A stretch of 64,000 bases of DNA, from assembly GCF_009914755.1 (NCBI RefSeq), contig NC_060936.1. One strand, given 5' to 3'. The notes beneath the pieces were generated by a model. It worked only from the letters and a program-made list of their open reading frames with translations, was not told the DNA's origin and searched no databases. A program made the position numbers and the translations under genes. Within the stretch, counting starts at the first letter, position 1; the number at the start of each line of letters is the position of its first letter. This DNA is from the human T2T-CHM13v2.0 reference genome, Homo sapiens. Below, in pieces: positions 51,232 through 64,000 of this stretch.

Positions 51232-52023
51232 GGATTGGGCCATAATCCCAAGTGTTAAAATCCTGAAATCCTAAAAACCACAATTCTAAAAGATCAAAAT
51301 CTTAAAAATATAATCCTGGAAAAAGTAATTTTAAAAAATTATTTGAAAGATATTACTTTACATTTTTAAAAGGGAATGTATTTGAGAAACATGTAAAAAC
51401 ATGACAGCACTTCATAGGCCACTTTACACAATAAAATAGGCAATAATAACATGCTTTTGCAAGCATAAACAGTTATAAAAATGACAGTTACATGTGTAAA
51501 ACAGGAGCAGACAAACTGTATTCATAAATCAGAAAGCAAAATGTGTAAGTGCATGTCACTATGGTTAGTAGTTGTGTGCCACTCTGCTTTATAACTGCGC
51601 TCATCTGAAATAACCATGACAGACAACCTAAGTCTTGAGGAAATTGATAAAAAACGGCAATGGGTCACTACAACATATGCAGTCACCCAAAGAACTGAGA
51701 TCACAAGAAATTTTATGTTTCACAGATGCAGATGTACAGAAAGGACCTTTCTTGTGTACATGCAGTGTTTACACACACAGTTAATGCTGTGTGTAATGTA
51801 CTTTTGCAGAGTCAAATTTCTGATGTTCAAGGCCGCAGAAGAAAAGTCTGTCCACCTTTCAGAGAGAGACCAATTTGCCTTATGTATTTGTTCTCTCAGA
51901 GCCCCTGGTCAATTGGATGGTGCCCGCCAACACTGAGGGCAGGTCTTCCCCACATAGTCTACTTGGACTGACTAATCTTTCCTGGAAACACCCTTACAGA
52001 CACATGCAAAATAATGCTTTACT
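51232..52023 (+). mobile_element. Ricksha (MULE-like DNA transposon) fragment with its MLT2/ERVL LTR passenger (about 51822-52023)
   Basis: gggattgggccataatcccaagtgttaaaatcctgaaatcc...ccactttacacaataaaataggcaataataac, then attggatggtgcccgccaacactgagggcaggtcttcccc...ggaaacacccttacagacaca. Confidence 0.65.
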
Positions 52024-52673
52024 GTGTGTTGTTACTTAATTATTTAAAAGAAGTATAGCACTCTAGTACTTTTTTTTTTTTTTTTGAGACAGAGTCTTGG
52101 CTCTGTCACCCAGGCTGGAGTGCAGTGGCATGGTCTTGACTCACTACAACTCTGCCTCTCAGGTTCAAGCAGTTCTCCTGCCTCAGCCTCCCGCGTAGCT
52201 GGGACTACAGGTGCGCCACCACACCCAGCTAATTTTTGTATTTTTAGTAGAGACAGGGTTTCACCACGTTGACCAGGCTGGTCACGAACTCCTGACCTCA
52301 AGTGATCTGCCGGCCTCGGCCTCCCAAAGTGCTAGGATTACAGGCATGAACCACCACATGCAGCCTAGCCTCATAACAATCTTATATAAATAAGATCTTT
52401 ACAAAAGAAAACAAGTTAGAAAGCTAACTTTAATAATTATCTTACATGATCATTTATAGAGTCTTGTCAGGGCTGGAATTAGAACCGTGATCTGTTGACC
52501 TCTAATTTAGTTTTCTTTTCATTCTATGGTCCTGGGAGAAAATTTGTCTTTATAAGTATTTGACATATGAGTTGGTGTGATAGATTACATTTCCTGTTCC
52601 TAATGCACTTTTTCTCATTAAATGAAGGGAACTCAAAAAATAAAAGCTTTAATAAGACTGAATTTCATTCTAG

Positions 52674-52912
52674 GAGAATGGCCACCAGTCCTTACTGAGC
52701 AGCGATGATCAACTTTTTATTTATGAGACAGCTGGAGTGCTGATTGTTAATAGTGAATATCCGGCAGAAAGGAAACAAGCCTTAATGAGGAATCTGTTGA
52801 CTCCACTAATGGAGAAGTTTAAAATTCTGTTAGAAAAGTTGATGCTGGCACAAGATGAAGAAAGGCAAGCCTCTCTAGCAGACTGTCTTAACCATGCTGT
52901 TGGATTTGCAAG
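52674..52912 (+). CDS. XPOT: Exportin-T exon 17 (ENGHQSLL...AVGFA)
   Basis: tctag|GAG ... AG|gtaagt; 239 nt. Confidence 0.96.
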
Positions 52913-54164
52913 GTAAGTGTGATCACAGTTAAAATTATAAAGTGCATGTATCTACACAGACAGAACCACTTGTTTGGTGGGCACACACATTTGTGTTTCC
53001 ACAGTTGGATAATCCAGAGAATTGTCTAAATCTTTGTCCTCCAAATCCAGTCAGTTAGATTTGGTTGAAGAAGGGGATAGGTTACATACCATTTACATTT
53101 TTGCCTTGACAACTGTAAATCTTTAACTCCTCTGACTTCTCTGATATAAATGGGTTGTGTGTTTAAGAGGATCAGTTTAAGAGGATTAATATACCAAATA
53201 TATATTGGGACGGGACATCTTTGGTTAGTCTTGGTTACCTTAAAGAGAAGAGCGTGAGGTTTCTCTTCAGTTGTATTGTGTCCTGAAGATCACCCAAGCA
53301 GCTGTTTTTTCCGCCTCTAGCCATACTTTTTGTTGACAAACAACAGCATGAAAGTTGTAAAGATTGCTAATTTAGAAGTTAAATTGTTCTATAATATATT
53401 TAAGAACAAGAGCTAGATATTAGAGAGGTTGTATAAAGAATTCTGAAGATGGTTTTCTAAATTTAAATGGGTGGTTTGCAGGTTACCTAGTACAGGCCTA
53501 GTCATAATAAGTGGATTTATTTTCTCTTTTCTGTCCACTTTGTCAGTAGGATTTTTCTCTTTTTTTTCTTTTTTCTTTTTTTTGTGGGGGAGACACAGTC
53601 TTGCTTTGTCACTCAGGCTGGAGTGCAGTGTTGTGATCTCAGCTCAGTGCAACCTCCGCCTCCCAGGCTCAAGCAATTCTTGTGCCTCAGCCTCCAAGTA
53701 GCTGGGATTGCAGGCATGTGCTACCACACCCAGCTAATTTTTCTATTTTTAGTAAAGACCGGTTTTGACCATGTTGTCCAGACTGGTCTTGAACTCCTGG
53801 CCTCAAGTGATTTGCCTGCCTTAGCCTCCCAAAGTGCTGGAATTAGAAGCATGAGCCACAATACCCAGCCCAGTCAATAGGATTTTAATAAAACATTTAG
53901 GTAGACTCACATTAGAAGGATTATATTAACTACATGTCATTCATTTAAGTTAATTTGAGCTCTTTTGTTCTGGAAAGATCATTGGAAGCAGTAGTTTACA
54001 AATAGCCATATTAGCTAAAGATGGAAGTAATTGTGATGTGGAAAATAAAGGTCTGGTTATTTAGTTTTGTTAATTTTGTAATTTGTTGTGCATTGCTTTT
54101 GAATACTCCATAACACTTTTAAAGAATAAAGTTGCATCTGATTGCCTGATTTTTGCTTATATAG

Positions 54165-54450
54165 TCGAACCAGTAAAGCTTTCAGCAACAAACAGACTGT
54201 GAAACAATGTGGCTGTTCCGAAGTTTATCTGGACTGTTTACAGACATTCTTGCCAGCCCTCAGTTGTCCCTTACAAAAGGATATTCTCAGAAGTGGAGTC
54301 CGTACTTTCCTTCATCGAATGATTATTTGCCTGGAGGAAGAAGTTCTTCCGTTCATTCCATCTGCTTCAGAACATATGCTCAAAGATTGTGAAGCAAAAG
54401 ATCTCCAGGAGTTCATTCCTCTTATCAACCAGATTACGGCCAAATTCAAG
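54165..54450 (+). CDS. XPOT: Exportin-T exon 18 (RTSKAFSNK...TAKFK)
   Basis: tatag|T ... AAG|gtaccg; 286 nt. Confidence 0.96.
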
Positions 54451-54798
54451 GTACCGCAAACTTTCAGAGCTCTGAAAATCTCTTGAAGATCAGATGTATT
54501 TATCTTCAGACATGTTTCGGATTTTGCCCTTGGGTTTCTTTTTTTTTGCTTTTAATGAATTACTTAAGAGCCTCATGGATCATATGTATTTTTATCATCT
54601 GTGGTGTCTGGCACACTGCCTGATACATAGGTCATGCTTAATAGATGTTTGAATATAAACAGACCCTAACCGCTTTGTGTAGCAAAAGAAAACTAGTCTG
54701 CTGTTTTAGAAGAGCATATAAAACCAGTAAACTGAGTACTAAATAAGCACCATAATTCAGGTACCCAAGCAAGAGTTAAAAGTAATTCAATGTATTAA

Positions 54799-55000
<202 letters not shown>

Positions 55001-55557
55001 TAGCTGGAACTATAGGTGCATGCACCACACCACGCTAATATTTTGTACTTTTAGTAGAGACAGCGTTTCCCCATGTTGACCAGGCTAATCTCGAACTCCT
55101 GACCTCAAGTGATCCTCCTGCCTCGGCCTCCATAAGTGCTAGGATTACAGGCATAAACCTGGCCACTTACATAGTACTTTCTATGTTCAAAATCTGTTCT
55201 AAGCATTTTTTGTACATTTACTCATTTGATCTTCATACCTACCCTAGAAGACAGGGATTATATGTTATAGTTGAGGAAACTGAGGCATGGAGAAGTGAAG
55301 GGATTTGCCCAAGAGTTCATAAAACTCAGGAGTTCATTTGTAAGCAAGTATTGAGAACATGCTATTAAACAATGTTTTTTACCTTTGTTCAAAAACAAGA
55401 AAAACCCTAAGAGTTTAATCATATAATTCATTTTTTGAGAATTTAATTTTGAAAATATTCCATGGCAATATTGTGAAATATGTCTGACTATTATTTTAAC
55501 CTAAATCTTAAGCTGTAGGAAAGGGTTTAAATTTAATGATCTTGAGTCTTTTAGTAA

Positions 55558-55791
<234 letters not shown>

Positions 55792-56040
55792 TGAACTCCT
55801 GACCTCAGGTGACTCACCCGCCTTAGCCTCCCAAAGTGCTGGGATTACAGGTGTGAGCCACTGCGTCTGGCCTAGTAATGTTTAGGTTATATAGATTTTA
55901 TCTTAAAATTGATATTTGCTAACTGAATTATGTACGCATGCATCCTAAATAGAAAAGAAAGGCTTTATGTAAAATAGTTTTTTCTAAGTTGTATGTTAAT
56001 ATTGTTACTAATTTCTGAAGTAATGATTGTTTATCTTCAG

Positions 56041-56230
56041 ATACAGGTATCCCCGTTTTTACAACAGATGTTCATGCCCCTGCTTCATGCAATTTTTGAA
56101 GTGCTGCTCCGGCCAGCAGAAGAAAATGACCAGTCTGCTGCTTTAGAGAAGCAGATGTTGCGGAGGAGTTACTTTGCTTTCCTGCAAACAGTCACAGGCA
56201 GTGGGATGAGCGAAGTTATAGCAAATCAAG
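56041..56230 (+). CDS. XPOT: Exportin-T exon 19 (IQVSPFLQ...VIANQ)
   Basis: ttcag|ATA ... G|gtggga; 190 nt. Confidence 0.96.
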
Positions 56231-57133
56231 GTGGGAACACATGCCATATCTAATTTGTCTGCTTAAGTCTGTGTCACTGTTGTACATCTATATGACCAAG
56301 AGCAAACTGAAGTAAATACAGAAATTTTGAAGTTTGCTATCCCATGGGAAGACAGTTTATTGTTTTCAGGGTGGGAATTGATCACTTTTATGTAAAGCAC
56401 CTAAAATTAATTTGTATTCTGTTCCTTTTTCTTTCTGCAATATTTTTTTAATTTGGTTCTTTAGCAATATAAATAACATGGTTACTTACCAGAATTGACC
56501 TGACAATTGAGTCTTTATGGCAAATTTGCCATTTTGAAATATAAAATAAATGGAGCTGTACAGATTTGTGTAGAGAATTCTGTATAGGAAATTTAGGGAA
56601 CAAGATACCAGGGGCAAACTGATTTTTCATTGTTTTATTTTTTAATTTGATTTGATTTGTGAGATAGGGTCTCACTCTCTTGCCCAGGCTGTAGTGCAGT
56701 GGTGTCATCACGACTCATTGCAACCTCCACCTCCTGGGCTATCCTCCCATCTCTACCTCCTGAGTAGCCAGGACCATTGGCAGTTGCCACAATGCTGGGC
56801 TTATTTTTTGTAGAGATGGGATCTCACCACGTTGCCCAGGCTGGTTAAACTCCTGGGCTCAAGCAATCTTCCTCGGCCTTACAAAGGGCTGGAATTACAG
56901 ACAGGAGCCACCGCGCCCAGCTGATTTTTCAGTGTTTAATGTTTAAACTTTAGGTGCCCAGTTAATAAAAATCAAGGGATTTTGGCAATTCTGTAAATGC
57001 TTTTTTCCCCCTTCATTTTTCCCATTCCACCTGTAAATGATTTTTGACTTGTTAATGTATATGAAAAGAGAACTTCAGGTTGCTTTCCTAGTTAATTTTG
57101 GAAATTGCTTAAACTAAAGGTTTTTCTCCTCAG

Positions 57134-57250
57134 GTGCAGAGAATGTAGAAAGAGTGTTGGTTACTGTTATCCAAGGAGCAGTTGAATATCCAGATCCAAT
57201 TGCACAGAAAACATGTTTTATCATCCTCTCAAAGTTGGTAGAACTCTGGG
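57134..57250 (+). CDS. XPOT: Exportin-T exon 20 (AENVERV...LVELW)
   Basis: ctcag|GT ... G|gtaaga; 117 nt. Confidence 0.96.
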
Positions 57251-57420
57251 GTAAGATAATTTTATTTCTTAACCTTCATTTCCCAAACTCTTTCATAAAA
57301 CTCTTAGACATAATGGAACATAGCCCTAACAGAGAGAGAAACTGGGAGTTGGTTTTCCCTGGTGATGAATTAATTGACTTACTTTTATATATAAGATGAA
57401 AATTTGAATTCTCTTGACAG

Positions 57421-57536
57421 GAGGTAAAGATGGACCAGTGGGATTTGCTGATTTTGTTTATAAGCACATTGTCCCCGCATGTTTCCTAGCACCTTTAAAA
57501 CAAACCTTTGACCTGGCAGATGCACAAACAGTATTG
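57421..57536 (+). CDS. XPOT: Exportin-T exon 21 (GKDGPVGF...AQTVL)
   Basis: gacag|GA ... TTG|gtaagc; 116 nt. Confidence 0.96.
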
Positions 57537-58253
57537 GTAAGCACCTAGGAATCTTTGTTTACCTTGTGTAGCTCATATATTCCCAATTTCTTCTTTAATG
57601 CCAGGTTGATTATATTATGTTTCATTGATTTTTTTTTTAACTTAGTGATTTCAGATCAGGGTTCTTTTTTTAAAGATTTATGATACCTTCTGGAGTTTTT
57701 ATGAATTCTTATTGAATCCCAATGCTACTGCTGAATTTTACAAATTCTACTCCTTCGACTTTAACACCTGACTTTTTCTAGGACCATGAAAGGGCATATG
57801 TCACAAACATTCTTTCAAGCTTGAGTATTAGTTTCCTACTACTACTTTAATTCTAAAACTTGTACCTAGTGGTTTTCCCTAATCATTAAGAGCATGAAAT
57901 GGCAACTTGATCCTCCTTGTATGATAGTTTCCCCAAATCTAATTTTCACAATACTTAATGTCAATTTCCGCTTTCTCACTTTCCCACAACCTGGTAAAAG
58001 CTAGATTTCATAATTGTAATTTACTACGTTAAAACAACAGTTTGTATTTTTCTGTTTTTTTTCTTTTTTTACTTCAACCCACTTAGTCCATCTGCCTGTT
58101 ACCTTTCCTTCCTCTATCCCTTCTCTGGAGTTAAATATTTCTCTGGAAATATTTATTTGAATTTCCCTGGCAGTGGCCAGGGTAGTAAAGAGAAGAGCTG
58201 GATCACTAAACAAGAATTGAATATATAGAAATTCTTAAACTTGTTTTTCACAG

Positions 58254-58301
58254 GCTTTATCTGAGTGTGCAGTGACACTGAAAACAATTCATCTCAAACG
58301 G
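58254..58301 (+). CDS. XPOT: Exportin-T exon 22 (ALSECAVTLKTIHLKR)
   Basis: cacag|GCT ... CGG|gtaagc; 48 nt. Confidence 0.96.
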
Positions 58302-58502
58302 GTAAGCCTTTTAGTCCATGCCCCTTCATTTTCATCTCACATGTGGTATTATTATCTTGTTCTTGAAAGATGTATCTTGTGTAAAATTTAACTTTTGTTT
58401 TGACTTTTTGGATGTGGGGAAAGGGGATGAATGAAAGTAGCAGTATCCATTTATTGTCCTTCATGTTTTGGGTAACATGTTTTGGTTTGACTAAGGATGT
58501 GA

Positions 58503-58820
<318 letters not shown>

Positions 58821-59171
58821 TGATCCGCCTGCCTTGCTTGGCCTCCCAAAGTGCTGGGATTACAGGCGTGAGCCACTGCGCCTGGCCTATTTTTTATTTA
58901 TTTACAGGGTCTCACTCTGTCACTCAGGTTGGAATGCAGTGGTGCAATCTGGGGTCACTGCAGCCTCCACCTCCTGGAGTCTCAACTGATCCTCCCATCT
59001 CAATCTCCAGAGTAGCTGGGACCACACAGATGCATGCTACCACACCTGGCTAATTTTTATATTTTTTGTAGAGATGGGGTTTCACCATGTTGGCCAGGCT
59101 GGTATTGAACTCCTGACCTCAAGTTGATCTGCCCACGATGGCATCCAAAAGTGCTGAGATAATAGGCGTGA

Positions 59172-59426
<255 letters not shown>

Positions 59427-61255
59427 TGAACTCCTGGGCTCAAACATTCCTCCTGCCTTGGCTTCCCAAAATGCTGGTATTACACCATGCCCAGCTGATT
59501 CTGGGTATTTGTAAATAACTGGAATTGGTTGCCAACATTTAAAAATCTCAAATACTTTTTTTTAACCAAAAATTCTTCCCTCCAGCCTCTCTCAAAGCCA
59601 TAGAATGCCAGCACAGGACTGTTATTGCCACATAGCTACAGCCAGCTAAAGAGCAGTAGTTGCCCTCACCCCCTAAAAAGAACATGAGCTTTTGCTCAGT
59701 GGTCTCCATTCAGCTGTGCACTCATTTGAACTTGATTTTTTGATTCTGATAGAGACTTGAAGTGTTTTCAATTCAGCAGCATTTCTTCTATACTTGCTAC
59801 CTGCTAGGGTGGGGTAGGTGTGTGTTTAGGGACAGCAGGGGAACTGTATAAAGGTAAATAAGGCATCCCCCGATACTCGAGAACTCAGAATCAAGGGAGA
59901 CCAACACATAAAAAACTCCAGTGGGTTAAGTACTTTAGTGGAGATACATAAAATATTGTGGAACTAAAGCTGAATGGGCAATTTTGCCTGAGGGGCAATC
60001 TAAGCAAGCTATAGGAAAGAGGTGATATTTTTGATGGCCCTTAAATGTAGATTGATGGGAGTAATAGGGAGCTGGCATTCTGGGCAAAGTTAAGTAGGTG
60101 TACAAAGACAGATTAGATTAGATGTCACATGGTGGATTTGGTGGGAAGTTATAGACTTAATTCTGTTTAGCTGAAGTATAGAGGCAGAAGTGATAGCTAA
60201 AAAATAAGATGAGACTAGATAAAAGCCTTGTGTTACATGTGTAAAGTCAGGAAGTCAGTAGGCAGTGGGTTTGTAATTTAGGAGGGAAAGTGTTCGGAAC
60301 AATGGGTCTGAAGCAGTTAGGATTAAATACTGATTTTGGAGTCCTCAGTGTAAGTCAGTCAAAGTAAAGCCATAGGAATGACTGAGACTTTCTAAGACCA
60401 GAACAGAAAGAACTTTGGCTCAAGCAAGAGTCAACAGAAAGGTAGAAGTAGAACCAGATAGTCAGGTGTGGTGGTGCACGCCTGTAATCCCAACTACTTG
60501 GCAGGCTGAGGCACAAGAATTGCTTGAACCCAGGAAGTGAGGTTGCAGTGAGCTGAGATCGTGGCACTGCACTCCAGCCTGGGCAACAGAGCGAGACTCT
60601 GTCTCAAAAAACAAAAACAAAACAAAATGAAAAAGCAGAACCAGAGGTAGGAGCATTATGAAAGATAAGAGAAGACAGTCTCAAGAGAGGAGATTGGATG
60701 GCGTTGTTTGGATGCTAAACAGTCAAGGTGGATGTGGATGAAGGATGAAAGGAAACAGTAAGGATGGTATTTCTACTTCAGAAGTATTTGTTTTATCCAT
60801 AGAAGTCGTAATTTAAACATACAGAATTGAGTCAAACAATATTTTAAAGTGTTTTGCTTCAGAAAACAAAAAAAAGTTTTGCTTCATTGTTCTTTTTTCT
60901 CATCTTTTGACTGACTTGAGGTATAAGTTTACTTTCCCTGATTCAAAACAAACAAAACTACACTCTTTTAAAGTGATAACAGTGAGGTTACAAAGTGATG
61001 AACATTGCATAGGAAGCAAGTACAGACAGGGTAGACATAAGAAAAAGATGAGAAGGAAAGTAGGAGGGATCTGGGAAACAGTGAAGGGTTACTGCCTCTC
61101 AGTTACAGACAGGTTTCCTCTGATGGGTCATTAAACTGGGACTTAGATCCAAGGTGAAGGAGGAAACATAAATCCTTTGATTCAGAAGCACTAATATTAA
61201 ACAGGAATTCCAGGTGGTAGTGCAAGGAAGAGTACATCGAGGAGAGATACATTGA

Positions 61256-61438
<183 letters not shown>

Positions 61439-61562
61439 TAGAAACAGGGTTTCACCATGTTGGCCACACTGGTCTCGAACTCTTGACCTCAAGTGATCAC
61501 CCATCTCCTCCTCCCAAAGTGCTGGGATTACAGGCATGAGCCACTGCACCCGGCCAAGAACC

Positions 61563-61775
61563 TTATTTTTCAGATGGAGAAACTGAGGCTTAGAGAGGTT
61601 AAGTAACTTGCCCAAGTGCAGCAAACCACCAGGGCACATGTATACCTATGTAACAAAACTGCATGTTCTGCACATGTAACCCAGAACTTAAAGTATAATT
61701 TTAAAGAAGGTGCCAGAGCCAGGCTTCAAACCAAGGCAGTCTGGCTCTCGGGTCTGTGTTCTTAAGCACAATACT
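61563..61775. mobile_element. MIR with a short L1PA 3'-end insertion (about 61620-61706, plus strand)
   Basis: cagatggagaaactgaggcttagagaggttaagtaacttgcccaag|gcaaaccaccagggcacatgtatacctatgtaacaaaactgc...aacttaaagtataa|gtgccagagccaggcttcaaacc. Confidence 0.75.
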
Positions 61776-61870
61776 ATATTGCCTTTAAAGTGTACATGTA
61801 TTGTTCCGATTCTTTTTAAGCTTATTAATGTCAAGCAAGAAAATAGTTGTAAGTATCTTTTAATCTTCAG

Positions 61871-61942
61871 GGCCCAGAATGTGTTCAGTATCTTCAACAA
61901 GAATACCTGCCCTCCTTGCAAGTAGCTCCAGAAATAATTCAG
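61871..61942 (+). CDS. XPOT: Exportin-T exon 23 (GPECVQYLQQEYLPSLQVAPEIIQ); the gene continues beyond the window
   Basis: ttcag|GGC ... CAG|gtaaga; 72 nt; cumulative CDS 2805 nt = 935 aa of the recalled 962. Confidence 0.96.
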
Positions 61943-62171
61943 GTAAGAGCTATTTCTTACCATTGTGTAGGCGAGAGATCACAGTAGTAGCAGCATTGCC
62001 TGTGACATTGTCGCTAGCAGAAATCAAAAATATTTTCATATTACATAAGTTGTTGCCAGCATCTCAAAATACTGTTTATGCTTATCACCATTTTGGAATT
62101 ATGAGTTACTAAGTAATATCACTACACCTTGTTACCCAACAAGTTAATAAGTCCTTACTGTTCTAGCATAC

Positions 62172-62325
62172 TTTAGTTTGATAACCATTATTCAGTATAA
62201 TTGGCTTCTATCGTAATCCCATGTATTATGTTTTATGCATTTTTTTAAAAAAACATTCTAAAGGAGCCTAATAGGCTTTTCCAGACTGCTGAAGGGGACC
62301 ACAGCAGAGTTCTGAAGCTTTGTAC
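62172..62325 (+). mobile_element. MER20B-like hAT fragment
   Basis: aaccattattcagtataattggcttctatcgtaatcccatgtattatgttttatgcattt...ccagactgctgaaggggacc. Confidence 0.5.
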
Positions 62326-62574
62326 CAGGTAGTTCATTGTGTGTACACCAAGCTTATCAATGCTTAATCTGTAAATCTGAAACTATTTTAAGGAAAGTGT
62401 CTGGAAAGTTACCTTATACTTTTAAGAAGTCATTTGTATAATATTGTTTCTTGGCATATAATTTTCCAGATTTCTTGTCCAGTAGTACATGGAGTTAATG
62501 AAGTATCAAACTTGATTAAAACTAGAATTACAATCTCTTATGTAGATTCCAAAATTTGTTTCTTCATCAATAGT

Positions 62575-63912
62575 GTTTTTATTTTATTGTAAGAACACTT
62601 ACATGAGATATATACCATCTTAACAATTTTTACGTGCACAACACAGTATTATTAATTATAGGGACAGTGATGTGCCTATAAAATATAGGTGGATCTCCAG
62701 AACATATTCATCTTGCATAACTAAGACTTTATACCCACTGATTAGCAATTCCCATTTCCCACAGCCCCCATCTCCTAGAAACTACCATTCTACTCTCTGA
62801 TTCTGTGAATTTGACTACTTTAGATACCTAATATAAGTGGAATCATGCAGTTATCTCTCTTTTTGTGACTGGCTGTTTCACACAATGTCCTTTAGGTTCA
62901 TCCATGTTGTTACATATGGCAGGATTTCGCAATTTTTTAAGGCTGAATAACATGCCACTGTATGTATATATCACATTTTCTTTATGCATTAATCCACTGA
63001 TAGATTCATTGGGGCTATTTTCACATTGTAAGTGCTACAGTTAACATGGGAATGCTAATATGTCTTTGAGATGCTGATTCCAATTCTTTTAGATAAATAC
63101 CCAGAAGTGGGATTGCTGGATTATATGGTAGTCCTATTTTTAATTTTTTGAAGAAACATCTTACTATTTTCTATAGTGGCTATACACCATTTTGCATTTC
63201 CATCAGTTGTGTAGCAGGGTTCCAGTTTTTCCACAATGTCACCAACACTTGCTGTCTTTCATTTTTTTGTAATAGCCATTCTAACAGGTGTGAGGTGATA
63301 TCTCATTGTGGTTTTGATTTGCATTTCCCTTATGATTAGTGATGTTTGTTTTTTCATACACCTGTTAACCATTTGTATTTGGAGAAGTCTATTCAAGTCT
63401 TTACCCCATTTTCTAATCAAGTTATTAAGTTTTTTGCTATTGAATTAGAGGAGTTTTTTTATATGTTAGAAATTAACCCCTTATCAGATAAATGGTTTGC
63501 AAATATTTTCTCCCATTCTTTAGCTATTCCAGAGGTTGCCTTTCTGCTCTGTTGATTGCTTACTTTATGGTGCAGAAGCTTCTTAATTCAATGTAGCCCC
63601 ACTAATGTAGCTTTTCGTGATATCAATGAAATCATTTCAAAGACCAGCATCTTGAAGCTTTTCTCCTATGTTTTCTTCTAGTTTTGCAGTTTGGAGACTT
63701 ACATATAAAGTCTTTAATACATTGAGTTGATTTTTGTGTAAGATAAGGGTCTCGTTTTCTTTTGCACGTAGATATCCAGTTTTACCAGCACCATTATTGG
63801 AGAGATTATTGTTCCCCATTGTGTATTCTTAGTACCCTTGTTGAAGATCAGTTGACTGTATACAGGAGTTGATTTTCAAATTCTATTTTGTTCCATTGGT
63901 TTATATGTCTGT
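62575..63912 (-). mobile_element. L1MA/L1MB-type LINE-1 3' region
   Basis: ataagtggaatcatgcag...aaatacccagaagtgggattgctggattatatggtag...ttgttgaagatcagttgac. Confidence 0.85.
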
Positions 63913-64000
63913 CTTAAAAGAGAGAGGGTCTCACTCTGTTGTCCAGACTCAAGTGCAGTGGCACCATCATAGTTCACAGCAACTACAAACGCCTGGACTC

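Noticed and set aside
56041-56056. GTATCC resembling a U12 donor near the start of exon 19
   Set aside because: Exonic and continues CCG rather than TT; all XPOT donors here look U2-type

Overview
Primate, almost certainly human, genomic DNA that I recognise as the C12orf56 / XPOT locus (chr12q14.2 from memory, not searched). The minus strand carries C12orf56 coding exon 1 (13198->12947) in a CpG island; the rest of that gene lies to the left, so 1-12946 is its intron 1. A processed RPS11 pseudogene sits at about 19.1-19.7 kb. The plus strand carries XPOT (exportin-T): CpG-island exon 1 (5'UTR, donor at 27432) and coding exons 2-23. I spliced these by hand into an uninterrupted 2805-nt, 935-codon frame; the last ~27 aa lie beyond the window. 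One XPOT intron has a GC donor. The remainder is about 65 Alus (roughly 30% of the window) plus LTR8A, THE1, MLT1, MER21, L1, L2, MIR, MER30, MER102, MER20B and Ricksha fragments. Repeat families were assigned from recalled consensus sequences, so boundaries are approximate. Nearly all ORFs in the supplied track are Alu or other repeat artefacts. I see no bona fide new gene system. The best leads are: (i) a candidate stress-response control module at the XPOT 5' end (ATF4 C/EBP-ATF element, UPRE, two uORFs, and an in-frame open 5'UTR); (ii) an unexplained ~180-bp diverged duplication with a shared splice acceptor, possibly part of an antisense transcript ending in the RPS11 pseudogene; (iii) several splicing, Alu-pairing and DNA-repair scars.
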